The notes under the pieces: model-generated | Database searches by the model: none | Told to the model about the DNA's origin: nothing | What the model saw: the letters and a program-made list of their open reading frames with translations, nothing else | Translations under genes and position numbers: made by a program | From: Candidatus Micrarchaeia archaeon | Lineage (GTDB): Archaea; Micrarchaeota; Micrarchaeia; Burarchaeales; JACRGF01 | NCBI GenBank assembly: GCA_038870455.1 | Contig: JAWCPB010000001.1 | Location: forward strand, 1-64,000 | Direction: 5' to 3' | DNA length: 64,000 nt | Shown: piece by piece, positions 1-9,100 of the stretch | Layout of the letters: each line of letters starts with the position of its first letter | How positions within the stretch are numbered: position 1 is the stretch's first letter

Positions 1-612
1 GAACTCCATCCCCCTATAAATCTCGTCTGAGACAACGGGCAGGTTGTACTCGCCCGCCAGGTCAACCAACTCCTTAACAACCTTTCTCGGATAAACGGTT
101 CCCGTCGGATTGTTCGGATTCACCAGCAGGATGGCCCTCGTTTTCGCGTTTATTTTCTTTCTCGCCTCTTCAACGTCCGGAATCCAGTTTTCCTCGCAGT
201 GATAGAAGTTGTCCACGCCCCCCATGAACCTGCTCATGGTCAGGTAAGGCGCGTAAGTCGGTGAGGGCATCAGGACGTTCTCGCCGGGGTCGATGAGGCA
301 CGCGAAGGAATAGTTAATGCCCTCGCTCACCCCGTTCGTGATGATCACTTGCTCGGGTGGCACGCCGTCTTCCTTCCCGATTGCTTCCCTTAACTCGCGT
401 ATGCCCTCTGAAGCCGAATAGCAGGCATGGCCCGGCTTCTTGAGCGCCGCATAAGCCGCCTCAATGACAAACTTTGGCGGATGGAAGTCGAACCTTGCAG
501 GGTCTCCGATGTTCAGGTAGTAGATCTTCTTTCCGGCTTTCTCGAGTTCCTCCGCCCTCACCACAACATCGCGGATGGGGTTCTCCATGCCGCTGACTCT
601 CTCGGAAACCAT
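1..612 (-). CDS. PLP-dependent aminotransferase class I/II (alanine aminotransferase-like), 5' part; runs off the window start
   Basis: Not in the ORF track. Manual translation from ATG at 612: MVSERVSGMENPIRDVVVRAEELEKAGKKIYYLNIGDP...YSASEG...ITNGVSEG...PSPTYAPY...LVNPNNPTG, all typical class I aminotransferase motifs. Confidence 0.85.
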   Translation of the reverse strand, partial: MVSERVSGMENPIRDVVVRAEELEKAGKKIYYLNIGDPARFDFHPPKFVIEAAYAALKKPGHACYSASEGIRELREAIGKEDGVPPEQVIITNGVSEGINYSFACLIDPGENVLMPSPTYAPYLTMSRFMGGVDNFYHCEENWIPDVEEARKKINAKTRAILLVNPNNPTGTVYPRKVVKELVDLAGEYNLPVVSDEIYRGMEF

Positions 613-655
613 GGCAGGGATTTTGGCGGGGCAGGCTTTTAATGGTTTTCAAAAA

Positions 656-1462
656 TCATGTTATCGGATTCTCGAGTTCGCCGACTCCCCACGCCTTCAC
701 CTTGACGATATCGCCTTTTTTCATCGGCCCAACGCCCGCAGGCGTTCCGGTCGCGATAACGTCGCCCGGCTCGAGCGTCATCACGCCGGAAATGAATTCA
801 ATCAACTTTGAAATTGGAAAAATCATGTTCTCTGTGTTTGAGTCCTGCACCACCCGTCCATTGAGGAGCGTCTGTATACGCAGGCCGCTTGCATCCACGC
901 CTGTCGCTATCCACGGCCCAAAGGGAGAGAATGTATCAAAACTCTTGGCCCTCGTCCACTGCACGTCCCGCTTCTGCAGGTCGCGCGCGGTCACGTCGTT
1001 GAAGCAGGAATACCCAAGGATATAGCTCGAAGCGTCGGTTGCCCTCACCCCCCTACATCTTTTTCCAACTACTACTGCAACCTCCCCCTCGTAATCGACT
1101 CTTGCTGCCTCCCTCGGCCAGATTATCTCCTGCTTGTGTCCGATGAGCGAGGAAGGCGGCTTGAGGAAAATCACCGGCTCTTTGGGCAGGCTCGTCAGCA
1201 GCTTTTTCCTCCTCAGCTCATCCGCGTGGTCCCTGTAGTTCAGCCCAACGCAGATTATCTTCTGCGGGTCGGGAATGGGCGGCAGGAAAGAAACTTCCTC
1301 GTACCTCGCCTCGGCTGTGGGAAACGCTTCCTCCAGCGCGTTCTCCTGAAGGAACTGCTTGAGCGAGCCCTCCCCGAGCAGCTTGACGCTCTCCTCCTCG
1401 AAAACGCCTGCACACGGCCTGCCGCGCCATAAAACAGTTCCGTACCGAGCCTCTCCAGCCAT
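656..1462 (-). CDS. Fumarylacetoacetate hydrolase (FAH) family protein
   Basis: KIICVGLNYRDH, PVIFLKP, DYEGE, NDVTARD, KSFDTF and GDVIATGTP motifs. Start set at MAGEARY (1462); the upstream extension of the called ORF overlaps the HD-GYP gene on the other strand. Confidence 0.9.
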   Translation of the reverse strand: MAGEARYGTVLWRGRPCAGVFEEESVKLLGEGSLKQFLQENALEEAFPTAEARYEEVSFLPPIPDPQKIICVGLNYRDHADELRRKKLLTSLPKEPVIFLKPPSSLIGHKQEIIWPREAARVDYEGEVAVVVGKRCRGVRATDASSYILGYSCFNDVTARDLQKRDVQWTRAKSFDTFSPFGPWIATGVDASGLRIQTLLNGRVVQDSNTENMIFPISKLIEFISGVMTLEPGDVIATGTPAGVGPMKKGDIVKVKAWGVGELENPIT

Positions 1463-1498
1463 CGGGTTTATAAGGTAAAAAACACTATTTAATGCCTT

Positions 1499-2677
1499 AT
1501 GTCTCTCTCGGTTGCCGACAAGGCGGAGTTTCGCGCGCTGCGGGTTGTTTCGGCTATACGCGGTTTTCGCAGGTTGTTTGAAAGCCGGCTCCTGCTTGAA
1601 GCCGAGAAGAAAATCGCAGACGGGCTTGACCGTTACTGGCGCGAGGCCGAGCGGATGGGCAGTGTCACCCCAATGGAGCTCGTCCGTTTTTTCAAGCGGG
1701 AATTCTCCGAAGCTAGGATGAATTACACGCCGTACCACAGCAGGCAAGTCGCCAAACTTGCGATTTTCATGACCCTCGAGCTCGGCCTGCCTCCCGAAGA
1801 AGTTTTTTTGCACGGGGCGGCTGGTTTCCTGCACGACATCGGAAAGCTTCTCATTCCCAAGGAAGTGCTGAAGAAAGAGCTGCTGCTTGGAAAGAGCCTG
1901 TCCAACGGGGAGAAGCGCTTTCTCCGCCAGCACGCGGAAAACGGCGAGCTCATGCTCTCGCGTTTTGACTGCGGTGAACTGCTGGTCATCAGGAGTGACA
2001 TCAGAAGCCACCACGAGCGGTTTGACGGTTTGACAACGGGTCCTTACGCGGGCTATCCCGACGGCCTGAAGGGCGAAGCCATCCCGTTCGGAGCCAGGCT
2101 CCTCAAGCTGCCTGATTCGCTGAGCGCCATGGTGTTCCACAGGTTTTACAGGAACAAGGTGTATTCCCTTGAGGACGCGGTCGCCGCCCTCGTGAAGCTT
2201 TCGGGAACCGAGTACGACCCGGGCATGGTCAGGACGCTCGTCAAAACAATGTACAGAATTCCCGGAGGAGAGCTGGACGAGTTCATGGGGGAGTTCGCTG
2301 GAAAGGAGTTCAGCTCGAGCATCTACGACGTGTTCATGGCCAACATCCGCGGGTTCCCCCGGCGCAGGCTCAAGAGCCTATTGAACGAGAACGGGCTCAA
2401 GTGCAGCCTCCTGCGCGCCAGAAGGGACGCCCTGCAGAACGCCTACCGCATCCGCGAGGCGGACATCATCGGTTTGCTGGAGGCTTACGGCATTGAATTC
2501 GATGGAGGAAGTATGGCTCGCTTCCAGAAATACATAAACCGCGACAACCGGCGCCTCCACGAGTGGGAGGAGAAAATCCTCTCGCCTGCCGCGGACCCGC
2601 TCATCCACAGGCTCTACGAGGAGCTGCAGCTCAGCGAAGTCGCGCTGGAGATGCCGGCTTTCACTTTCCTTTCTTGA
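1499..2677 (+). CDS. HD-GYP domain metal-dependent phosphohydrolase with C-terminal extension
   Basis: HS..VA, LHDIGK, HHERFDG, GYPDGLKGEAIP and SGTEYDP motifs. Confidence 0.8.
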   Translation: MSLSVADKAEFRALRVVSAIRGFRRLFESRLLLEAEKKIADGLDRYWREAERMGSVTPMELVRFFKREFSEARMNYTPYHSRQVAKLAIFMTLELGLPPEEVFLHGAAGFLHDIGKLLIPKEVLKKELLLGKSLSNGEKRFLRQHAENGELMLSRFDCGELLVIRSDIRSHHERFDGLTTGPYAGYPDGLKGEAIPFGARLLKLPDSLSAMVFHRFYRNKVYSLEDAVAALVKLSGTEYDPGMVRTLVKTMYRIPGGELDEFMGEFAGKEFSSSIYDVFMANIRGFPRRRLKSLLNENGLKCSLLRARRDALQNAYRIREADIIGLLEAYGIEFDGGSMARFQKYINRDNRRLHEWEEKILSPAADPLIHRLYEELQLSEVALEMPAFTFLS

Positions 2678-3659
2678 ACTCGAACATCCTCCTGATTTCC
2701 GCGCCGACTTTCTCGATGGGGTGCTCGCTTCCCTCCCTCCTCAGCTTCTCAAACACTTTCATGCCGCTCTCGTACTCGGCAATCCATTCTTTCGCAAACT
2801 GCCCGCTCTTTATCTCCTCGAGTATCCGCTTCATGTTCTCCTTGACGTGCGCGTCTATCACGCGGGGCCCTCGCGTGCGCCCGCCGTAGCGCGCGGTCTC
2901 GCTGACGCGGCTCCACATGTACTCCAGCCCGCCCTCGTTGATGAGGTCCGAGATGAGCTTGACCTCGTGCAGCACCTCGAAATAAGCCACTGCCGGCGGA
3001 AAGCCGTCATCCACGAGCGTCTCGTAGCCCGCCTTGATGAGCTCGGCCAGCCCACCGCATAGCACCGTCTGTTCGCCGAAAAGGTCCGAGTAAGTCTCCT
3101 GGTCGAAAGTCGCCTCGAACACGCCGGGCCTCGTGAAGCCCATCTGCTTGGCGAGCGCCAGCGCGATGTCCTTGGCCTTGCCGCTTGCGTTCTGGTGCAC
3201 CGCGAAAAGCGCGGGCGTGCCGAACCCCTGCAGGTAAGTTTCCCTCACTTTCTTGCCAGGCCCCTTGGGCGCCACCATGATGACATCAATGTCGCCGGGC
3301 GGCACTATCCTGCCGAAAGTTATGTTGAATCCGTGCGAGAAATACAGGACATCGCCTTTGCCCAAGTGCTTTTTCACAAACTTTTCGTAAATCCCCTTCT
3401 GCGTCATGTCAGGGGTGAGCATGAAAATGATGTCGCCTCTCCTCGCGGCCTCTTCAACGCCCGCTACTTCCATCCCGTCCTTTTTTGCTCTCTCCCAGCT
3501 CGCTCCACCCTGGCGCGCGCCAACGACAACCCTCTCGCCCGAGTCCCTCAAGTTCTGCGCCTGCGCAGCCCCTTGGATGCCGTAGCCTATGACCGCAATC
3601 GTTTTCCCCTTGAGCACCTTCTCATCAACGTCCTTGTCGTGGTATATCTTCATGGCCAT
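2661..3659 (-). CDS. ilvC: Ketol-acid reductoisomerase
   Basis: GYGIQG nucleotide-binding motif, MVAPKGPG, DLFGEQTVLCGG, SETARYG. Confidence 0.97.
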   Translation of the reverse strand: MAMKIYHDKDVDEKVLKGKTIAVIGYGIQGAAQAQNLRDSGERVVVGARQGGASWERAKKDGMEVAGVEEAARRGDIIFMLTPDMTQKGIYEKFVKKHLGKGDVLYFSHGFNITFGRIVPPGDIDVIMVAPKGPGKKVRETYLQGFGTPALFAVHQNASGKAKDIALALAKQMGFTRPGVFEATFDQETYSDLFGEQTVLCGGLAELIKAGYETLVDDGFPPAVAYFEVLHEVKLISDLINEGGLEYMWSRVSETARYGGRTRGPRVIDAHVKENMKRILEEIKSGQFAKEWIAEYESGMKVFEKLRREGSEHPIEKVGAEIRRMFEFKKGK

Positions 3660-3670
3660 ATCATTCCCCC

Positions 3671-4120
3671 CTACAATTTCCAGACAAACATTTTAATCTT
3701 CTCGTCAAGCCGCCTCCGAATTTCCCCAGTTTCCAGAATGAAGAACTCGCCCGTGAGCGAGACAACGCCCCTTGAAATGTGCGTCGCGAGAGTCCTCGCG
3801 CCCCGCCTCTGTCTTTTGTCGTTGTCCGCAAGCAGGCTGAGCGCCGCATGAAGATGCACGAAAGGCTTTCCCTCCTTCAGCGAAACGTTTCCGTGCGCGG
3901 CGAGCTCAACCGGCCCCCTGATGGTTTCGGTTTTTGGGTTGAGCCTTTCCGTGCTTGCGGCCGTGATGAGCTCGGCTTCCTTGAGCGCGCCGATTCCCCA
4001 AACCGCTCCGGAGCGGATGCCGTGCACGGCGCACGCCCGGGCGAGCCCTTCGACGAGCTCTTCCCCGGGCTCGAACCTGACGGCGATTAACCTGCCCGTC
4101 TTCAGCTTCCTTGACTCCAA
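3671..4120 (-). CDS. PPC/DUF296 domain protein
   Basis: RFEPGEEL, GIGAL, GNVS...PFVHLH and TGE motifs. Confidence 0.85.
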   Translation of the reverse strand: MESRKLKTGRLIAVRFEPGEELVEGLARACAVHGIRSGAVWGIGALKEAELITAASTERLNPKTETIRGPVELAAHGNVSLKEGKPFVHLHAALSLLADNDKRQRRGARTLATHISRGVVSLTGEFFILETGEIRRRLDEKIKMFVWKL

Positions 4121-4135
4121 GGGAAATCACTTCCT

Positions 4136-4645
4136 TCAATCGCGCGAAAGCGCGGTGATGCCCGTCCTCACCATCTCTTTTATGCCGAAGGGCCTGATGA
4201 GCTCGACGAACGCGTCTATCTTGTCAGCCGGGCCGGTCACCTCGACTATCATCGAGTTCGCGCCCACGTCGATGACCCTTCCCCTGAATATGCTGGTGAA
4301 GTTCATGAGCTCGTTTCTCGCGGCGAAGTCCTTCACGTGTATTTTCGCGAGCGCAATCTCCCTCGTCACGGCCTTCTCGGGCTCCATCTCAATGACTTTA
4401 ATCGTCTCCACGAGCTTGCTGAGCTGCTTGATTATCTGTTCGACAGTGTGGTCGTCTCCGGTCGTCGTTATCGTCATGCGCGAGAGGCCGGGCTTCTCCG
4501 TCTTTCCAACAGTTATCGTGTTCATGTTGAACCCTCTCCTGGAGAACACTCCGGAAATCCTCTGCAGCACGCCGAACTTGTCTTCCACGAGAAGCGACAG
4601 TATGTGCTCGTGCGGAGTTCCGTTTCCCTTCGCGTTGCCAGCCAT
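4136..4645 (-). CDS. ilvH: Acetolactate synthase small (regulatory) subunit
   Basis: ACT domain (LVEDKFGVLQRISGVFSRRGFN) and C-terminal EMVRTG; directly downstream of ilvB. Confidence 0.95.
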   Translation of the reverse strand: MAGNAKGNGTPHEHILSLLVEDKFGVLQRISGVFSRRGFNMNTITVGKTEKPGLSRMTITTTGDDHTVEQIIKQLSKLVETIKVIEMEPEKAVTREIALAKIHVKDFAARNELMNFTSIFRGRVIDVGANSMIVEVTGPADKIDAFVELIRPFGIKEMVRTGITALSRD

Positions 4646-4649
4646 CTGC

Positions 4650-6383
4650 TCACCCCGTCCCAAGCATTTTCTTTGACAGCGCATCCACCTTGCCGCACAG
4701 CGGGCTTGGAATCATGCGGTCGTTCCTGCCGCCTGCCGGCACCATGGGCAGCACATCAATCTCGGGGTCTATGACGATGTCAAGCGCGTATATGACGTCG
4801 CTCTCAAGGCCCCGCTTTATGGCTTCCTTGAGCTCGCTGGGCCTCTCCACCCTCTCCCCGTCCCCGCCGTAGCTCTGGAAGAGCTTTATGAAATCAGGAA
4901 GCGGGTGCAGTTTGGTGTGCGAGTACCTCTTTTCCATGAACAGCTTCTGCCACTGCTTAACCATTCCAAGCCATCCGTTGTTGAGTATGCAGATGACTGT
5001 CGGCAATCCGTAATGCACGCTGGTTGCAATCTCTTGGTTCGTCATCAGCACGCTCCCGTCTCCCGCGATGTCTATAACGTGCATATCCGGCCGCGCGGCC
5101 TTCACCCCGATGGAAGCGGGCAGGCCGAAGCCCATCGTGCCGAGGCCTCCGCTGGAAATGAAGCGCCTCGGCTCCCTCGCCTCCGTGAAGTGCATGGCCC
5201 ACATCTGGTTCTGCCCCACCTCAGTGACGAAAATCGTCTTTTCCCTGGGAGTGTGCAGGTTCAGCTCCTTGATCACTCTCGCAGGATGCAGCGGGGCATT
5301 CTCCAGCGCGCCGTAGTTGCAGTTGCAGGCTTCCTTGAGTTCCCTGCACCTCCTGCTCCACTCGCTTTCCTTCTTCCTGGTCTTTTCCAGTCCAGCGAGT
5401 ATTGCCGCGAGCGCCTTTTTCGCATCCGCCTGAATGGGCACATCGGGCCTCACGTTCTTTCCAATCTCGGCCGCGTCAATGTCGATATGAATTATTTTCG
5501 CGTGCGGGGCGAAGTGCTTGATGTCCGCAGTCACCCTATCGTCGAACCTGCACCCGACTGCCAGCACGACATCGGCTAGAGTGAGCGCGGTGTTCGCCCC
5601 AATCCTCCCATGCATTCCCACGGGCCCCAGGCACAGAGGGTGAGTGTCGTCCACCACTCCCTTGGCCATGAGCGTGTAGACAACGGGTGCAAACAGGATC
5701 TCGCTGAGCCTCGCCACTTCCTTGTGCGCGCCCGAGATGATGACTCCCCCTCCGGCAAGTATGACCGGCTTCTCTGCAGAAATCAGCACCTCCACCGCCT
5801 TCTTCACCTGAACAGGATGCGGCTCGTACTTCGGCTGGTAGCCCGGAATGGTGATGGTCTCTGGGTACTCGAACTCAATTTCTGCATTCTGAACGTCTTT
5901 AGGCAGGTCAATCGCCACCGGCCCCGGCCTTCCGGCTGTCGCTATGGTGAAGGCCATCTTCATTATTTTCGGCAGCTCCTCCGGATTCATGACCTTGAAG
6001 TTGTGCTTCGTGATGGGCATGGTTATCCCGAACACATCGGCTTCCTGGAACGCGTCGTTGCCGATCAGGCTTCGGATGACCTGTCCTGTCATGGCTACGA
6101 CCGGCACGCTATCCATGTACGCGTCCGCCAGGCCGGTAGTCAAATTCGTTGCGCCTGGCCCGCTTGTCGCCACGCACACCCCGACTTTTCCGCTAGCTCT
6201 TGCATAACCCTCTGCGGCATGCGCCGCCCCCTGCTCATGCCTCACGAGATAATGCGTGAGCTCCGGATAGTCGAGGAGCGCGTCGTAAAAAGGCATGATG
6301 GCTCCTCCCGGAAGCCCGAACATGTGCTTGACCTTTTCTCTCTTCAAGGCCTCGCAAATGGCCTTCGCTCCCTTCATCCTCAC
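4650..6383 (-). CDS. ilvB: Acetolactate synthase large subunit
   Basis: FGLPGGA, VRHEQGA, TSGPGATN, GLGTMGFG and TPP-binding GDGS...NN motifs. Confidence 0.97.
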   Translation of the reverse strand: MRMKGAKAICEALKREKVKHMFGLPGGAIMPFYDALLDYPELTHYLVRHEQGAAHAAEGYARASGKVGVCVATSGPGATNLTTGLADAYMDSVPVVAMTGQVIRSLIGNDAFQEADVFGITMPITKHNFKVMNPEELPKIMKMAFTIATAGRPGPVAIDLPKDVQNAEIEFEYPETITIPGYQPKYEPHPVQVKKAVEVLISAEKPVILAGGGVIISGAHKEVARLSEILFAPVVYTLMAKGVVDDTHPLCLGPVGMHGRIGANTALTLADVVLAVGCRFDDRVTADIKHFAPHAKIIHIDIDAAEIGKNVRPDVPIQADAKKALAAILAGLEKTRKKESEWSRRCRELKEACNCNYGALENAPLHPARVIKELNLHTPREKTIFVTEVGQNQMWAMHFTEAREPRRFISSGGLGTMGFGLPASIGVKAARPDMHVIDIAGDGSVLMTNQEIATSVHYGLPTVICILNNGWLGMVKQWQKLFMEKRYSHTKLHPLPDFIKLFQSYGGDGERVERPSELKEAIKRGLESDVIYALDIVIDPEIDVLPMVPAGGRNDRMIPSPLCGKVDALSKKMLGTG

Positions 6384-6445
6384 GGCTTACACCTCTCATG
6401 CAAGTTTTTTATCCTCTTTTGTCTGCTCATGTTTTTGCACCTCGC

Positions 6446-6475
6446 AGCTCAAGCCAGAATAGCGCGGCTTGAGCT
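6446..6475 (-). promoter_or_regulatory. 10-bp-stem hairpin in the ilvB leader
   Basis: Perfect inverted repeat AGCTCAAGCC (6446-6455) / GGCTTGAGCT (6466-6475) with a 10-nt loop, overlapping the leader peptide stop codon. Confidence 0.6.
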
Positions 6476-6540
6476 CACCTAAGAACGACTACGCTGACAA
6501 GAAGAGAAACAGCCCTTTGCTCCGCGTAGTCAAACAACAT
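6475..6540 (-). CDS. Putative ilv leader peptide, 21 aa: MLFDYAEQRAVSLLVSVVVLR
   Basis: ATG at 6540, TGA at 6475. 8 of the last 11 codons are Leu or Val. A TTTTTAAA TATA-like box lies ~30 nt upstream. Sits directly upstream of ilvB. Confidence 0.6.
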   Translation of the reverse strand: MLFDYAEQRAVSLLVSVVVLR

Positions 6541-6579
6541 GCTTACCCGCCAATATTGTGGCCAAACGAATTTAAAAAC

Positions 6580-7410
6580 CTAACGAGGCGCTCGCGCGAT
6601 AATGATACGCTCTTTTAAATCAACTTTCTTCCCAGCGAAATCAATCCACCTCACCGTTGCTTCCAAGGCGTCATTCGTTTCTTTTTTCACAAAAACGCGC
6701 GCGTCTATTCCTGCCTCCAAAGCCTCCAGCGCTTCCTTCCTCTCGTCATCCGAGATTTGCGTGACCAGCCACACGTTCCTCCCATCGTGCTCTAGCCTCC
6801 CCAGAACAGCTCGCTTGCCGCATTGGTAATCCACCAAATAAGTACCTCTGTACTCGACTTCGTCATCGTGATTTGCCACAACCCGAACTTCTGCGAGTAC
6901 CGGCGGAATGTCTTTGAGCTTTGTCAGCTCATCAAGTTTTTTCCCAAATCTAGTTTCAAGCAGTTCATCGATTTTATTCGCGTCCACGCCGGGTTTTCCG
7001 CAAATCTTTTCTAGCGACATTATCGCCGCGCGCCTGCAAACATACTGGCTGTCACCCTCCATCGCCTCCACCAGCACCAAAATCTCGTCCGCTCCGCCAA
7101 GCAGGCCCAGCGCCTCAAGGCAGTTGTGCCTCACAATCCAATCCGTATCGCTAATTGCCTTTTCCCCTAGTACCCCAAGAACATTCTTAGAAGAATAGCC
7201 AATTTCCCCAAGCATCATGGCCGCGAGGTCCCTGTTCTCATCCCCGCGCTTGAGCGCCTGCACGAGCTTTTCGATTTCCTCGGCGGCATTGCCTTCAAGC
7301 AGCCTGCGCTTGATTGCATCACGACGCGCTTTATAACCAGACAGCAACTTCTTTCTTTCAGGACTAGCTTCGGCGTAAAGATTCCGCCGGCTGCCTGCCA
7401 CTCTTCCCAT
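6580..7410 (-). CDS. HEAT-repeat (PBS lyase-like) protein
   Basis: Repeats RDLAAMMLGEIG, VRHNCLEALGLLG and CRRAAIMSLEKI. Start at 7410 or 7437. Confidence 0.65.
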   Translation of the reverse strand: MGRVAGSRRNLYAEASPERKKLLSGYKARRDAIKRRLLEGNAAEEIEKLVQALKRGDENRDLAAMMLGEIGYSSKNVLGVLGEKAISDTDWIVRHNCLEALGLLGGADEILVLVEAMEGDSQYVCRRAAIMSLEKICGKPGVDANKIDELLETRFGKKLDELTKLKDIPPVLAEVRVVANHDDEVEYRGTYLVDYQCGKRAVLGRLEHDGRNVWLVTQISDDERKEALEALEAGIDARVFVKKETNDALEATVRWIDFAGKKVDLKERIIIARAPR

Positions 7411-7449
7411 AAGTCCAGTTGATAGGCATTCAAACAAATAAATAGCTTT

Positions 7450-7770
7450 CTACTTCGCGGGCCTTTCCTCGAGTTTTTTCCTGAACCCGTTGAATTCCTG
7501 AAGTAGCTTCGCGTACTCTTTTTCGGGAATCGCGTCCGCCCTGAGCACGAGCGAGCTTTCACCGCCTGAGACAAAGTTCTCGATGAGCGCCACACCCGGC
7601 TTTCCCGCCTTCTCCTTCTCCAGCAGCTTCCTGTGCATCTCTCCCACAACCCTCTCCAAATCAACAATCAGCTCGGTGAAGCTCTCGTGCAGGTCCTCCA
7701 AATCTTTTGCTTGTTTCTCAAGCCTCGCGATCTCCTCCTTCAGCCTCCGCTTTAGCAGCGTGCGCTTCAT
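7450..7770 (-). CDS. Small coiled-coil hypothetical protein
   Basis: 106-aa ORF starting 9 nt after the RuBisCO stop, with a heptad-like N-terminus. Confidence 0.6.
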   Translation of the reverse strand: MKRTLLKRRLKEEIARLEKQAKDLEDLHESFTELIVDLERVVGEMHRKLLEKEKAGKPGVALIENFVSGGESSLVLRADAIPEKEYAKLLQEFNGFRKKLEERPAK

Positions 7771-7779
7771 TTTCTCGCC

Positions 7780-9078
7780 TCACCTCGGCTTGAGGCGGCC
7801 CCACTTGGCGAGCGCGCGAGCGAGCTCGGGATGCCTTTTTGCCTTTTCCTCAAGGCTCTCTCCTTCCATCACCGCCTCGATGGCTTGCCTGAGCGCCTTC
7901 GCGCCAGCGCGCGTGCCATCGGGGTGGCCGTGAATTCCTCCGCCTGCCTGAATGATTATGTCGCTTCCGAAAATTGACATCACGTCCGGCACAAGGCCCG
8001 GGTGCAGCCCTCCTGAAGAGACGGGAAACACGGGCTTGAGGCCGAACCAGTCCTGCGAGAGGTTGAGCGGGAGACTTTCATCCACCTTCTGCTTTGTAAT
8101 CACTTCCTGAATTCGCTTTACTTCCTCCCTCGTTCCCACGAGCTTTCCCACGGCTGTCCCTATGTGAAGCTGGTCGACTCCAACAAGCCTGAGGAGCTTT
8201 GCCAGGCAAAGCATGCTCACCCCGTGCTTCGGGTTTCTCGTGAAAGCCGCGTGCATGGCCCTGTGCGCGTGAATGGCCAGCCCATAATCCTGGCAGGCTT
8301 CGCGCGCTGTCTGGAGTCCGGCAAAGCCGGCCGTCACCACATCCACCATGGCGTATTCCCATCCCAAGTCATACAAGAGTTTTGCCCTCTTCAGCATTTC
8401 CTTTGTTTCCGCAGTGATGTTGAGGAGCGCGCTCTTTCGCTCTCCCGTCTCCCTCTCCGCCCTCGCCCTCATCTTCGCGCACAGCCTGACTCTCTCCTCG
8501 AACCGGTTGAACTCCAGCGAAGTCAGGTTTTCATCGTCCTTGACCAAGTCTATCCCGCCAGCCCAAGCCTCGTATGCAACCTCAGCGTGTTCTTTCGCCG
8601 AAAAGCCGACTTTAGGCTTTGGGACTGTCGCCGTAATGGATCTCTTCGGCTCCCTGAAAATCCTTCTTACTCCGGCTATGCCGAACTGCGGTCCTCTGAA
8701 GGCCCGCACATATTCTTTCGGCAGCGTGATGTCAATGAGCCTGAGATTGGCGAGCGCCTTCATCCCGAAAATGTTTCCGGCCACCCCGCTCAAGAGCTGC
8801 GGCGCGTTTCCTTTTTCCCAAAGCTCAAGCGGATAACACAGTTTCGCAAGGCTTCCCTTCACCTCGAAAGCCATGCCCTTGAGCCTCTTTATTCTGGGCG
8901 GCAGCCGCGCGAGCGTAGTCCAGGTCCCCACCGAGCTCTCGGAAGCCATCCTGCCGAGCGCCTCGTCGCGCGCGATGCCTTCGGCCGGCTCGAAGTAAAA
9001 GAGCGCAACTAGGTCGCTTTTCGCCGGCCTTTCCCCAAAATCAACGAATTCCTCGTACCACTCGATTTTTCCTGCCAC
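7780..9078 (-). CDS. rbcL: Ribulose-1,5-bisphosphate carboxylase large subunit, archaeal form III type
   Basis: ESSVGTWT, KPKVG, carbamylation motif DLVKDDEN, HAHRAMH, GKL, SGG and QAGGGIHGHP. All key catalytic residues are recognisable. Confidence 0.95.
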   Translation of the reverse strand: MAGKIEWYEEFVDFGERPAKSDLVALFYFEPAEGIARDEALGRMASESSVGTWTTLARLPPRIKRLKGMAFEVKGSLAKLCYPLELWEKGNAPQLLSGVAGNIFGMKALANLRLIDITLPKEYVRAFRGPQFGIAGVRRIFREPKRSITATVPKPKVGFSAKEHAEVAYEAWAGGIDLVKDDENLTSLEFNRFEERVRLCAKMRARAERETGERKSALLNITAETKEMLKRAKLLYDLGWEYAMVDVVTAGFAGLQTAREACQDYGLAIHAHRAMHAAFTRNPKHGVSMLCLAKLLRLVGVDQLHIGTAVGKLVGTREEVKRIQEVITKQKVDESLPLNLSQDWFGLKPVFPVSSGGLHPGLVPDVMSIFGSDIIIQAGGGIHGHPDGTRAGAKALRQAIEAVMEGESLEEKAKRHPELARALAKWGRLKPR

Positions 9079-9100
9079 GCGCCTGTTTCTCCCGCGTGGT

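Noticed and set aside
1463-2140. Apparent long N-terminal fusion on the FAH protein
   Set aside because: Antisense to the HD-GYP gene and crosses the AT-rich divergent promoter region.
7780-9078. RuBisCO-like protein (form IV), or evidence of a Calvin cycle
   Set aside because: Catalytic motifs match a bona fide form III enzyme, and no phosphoribulokinase or small subunit is seen in the window.
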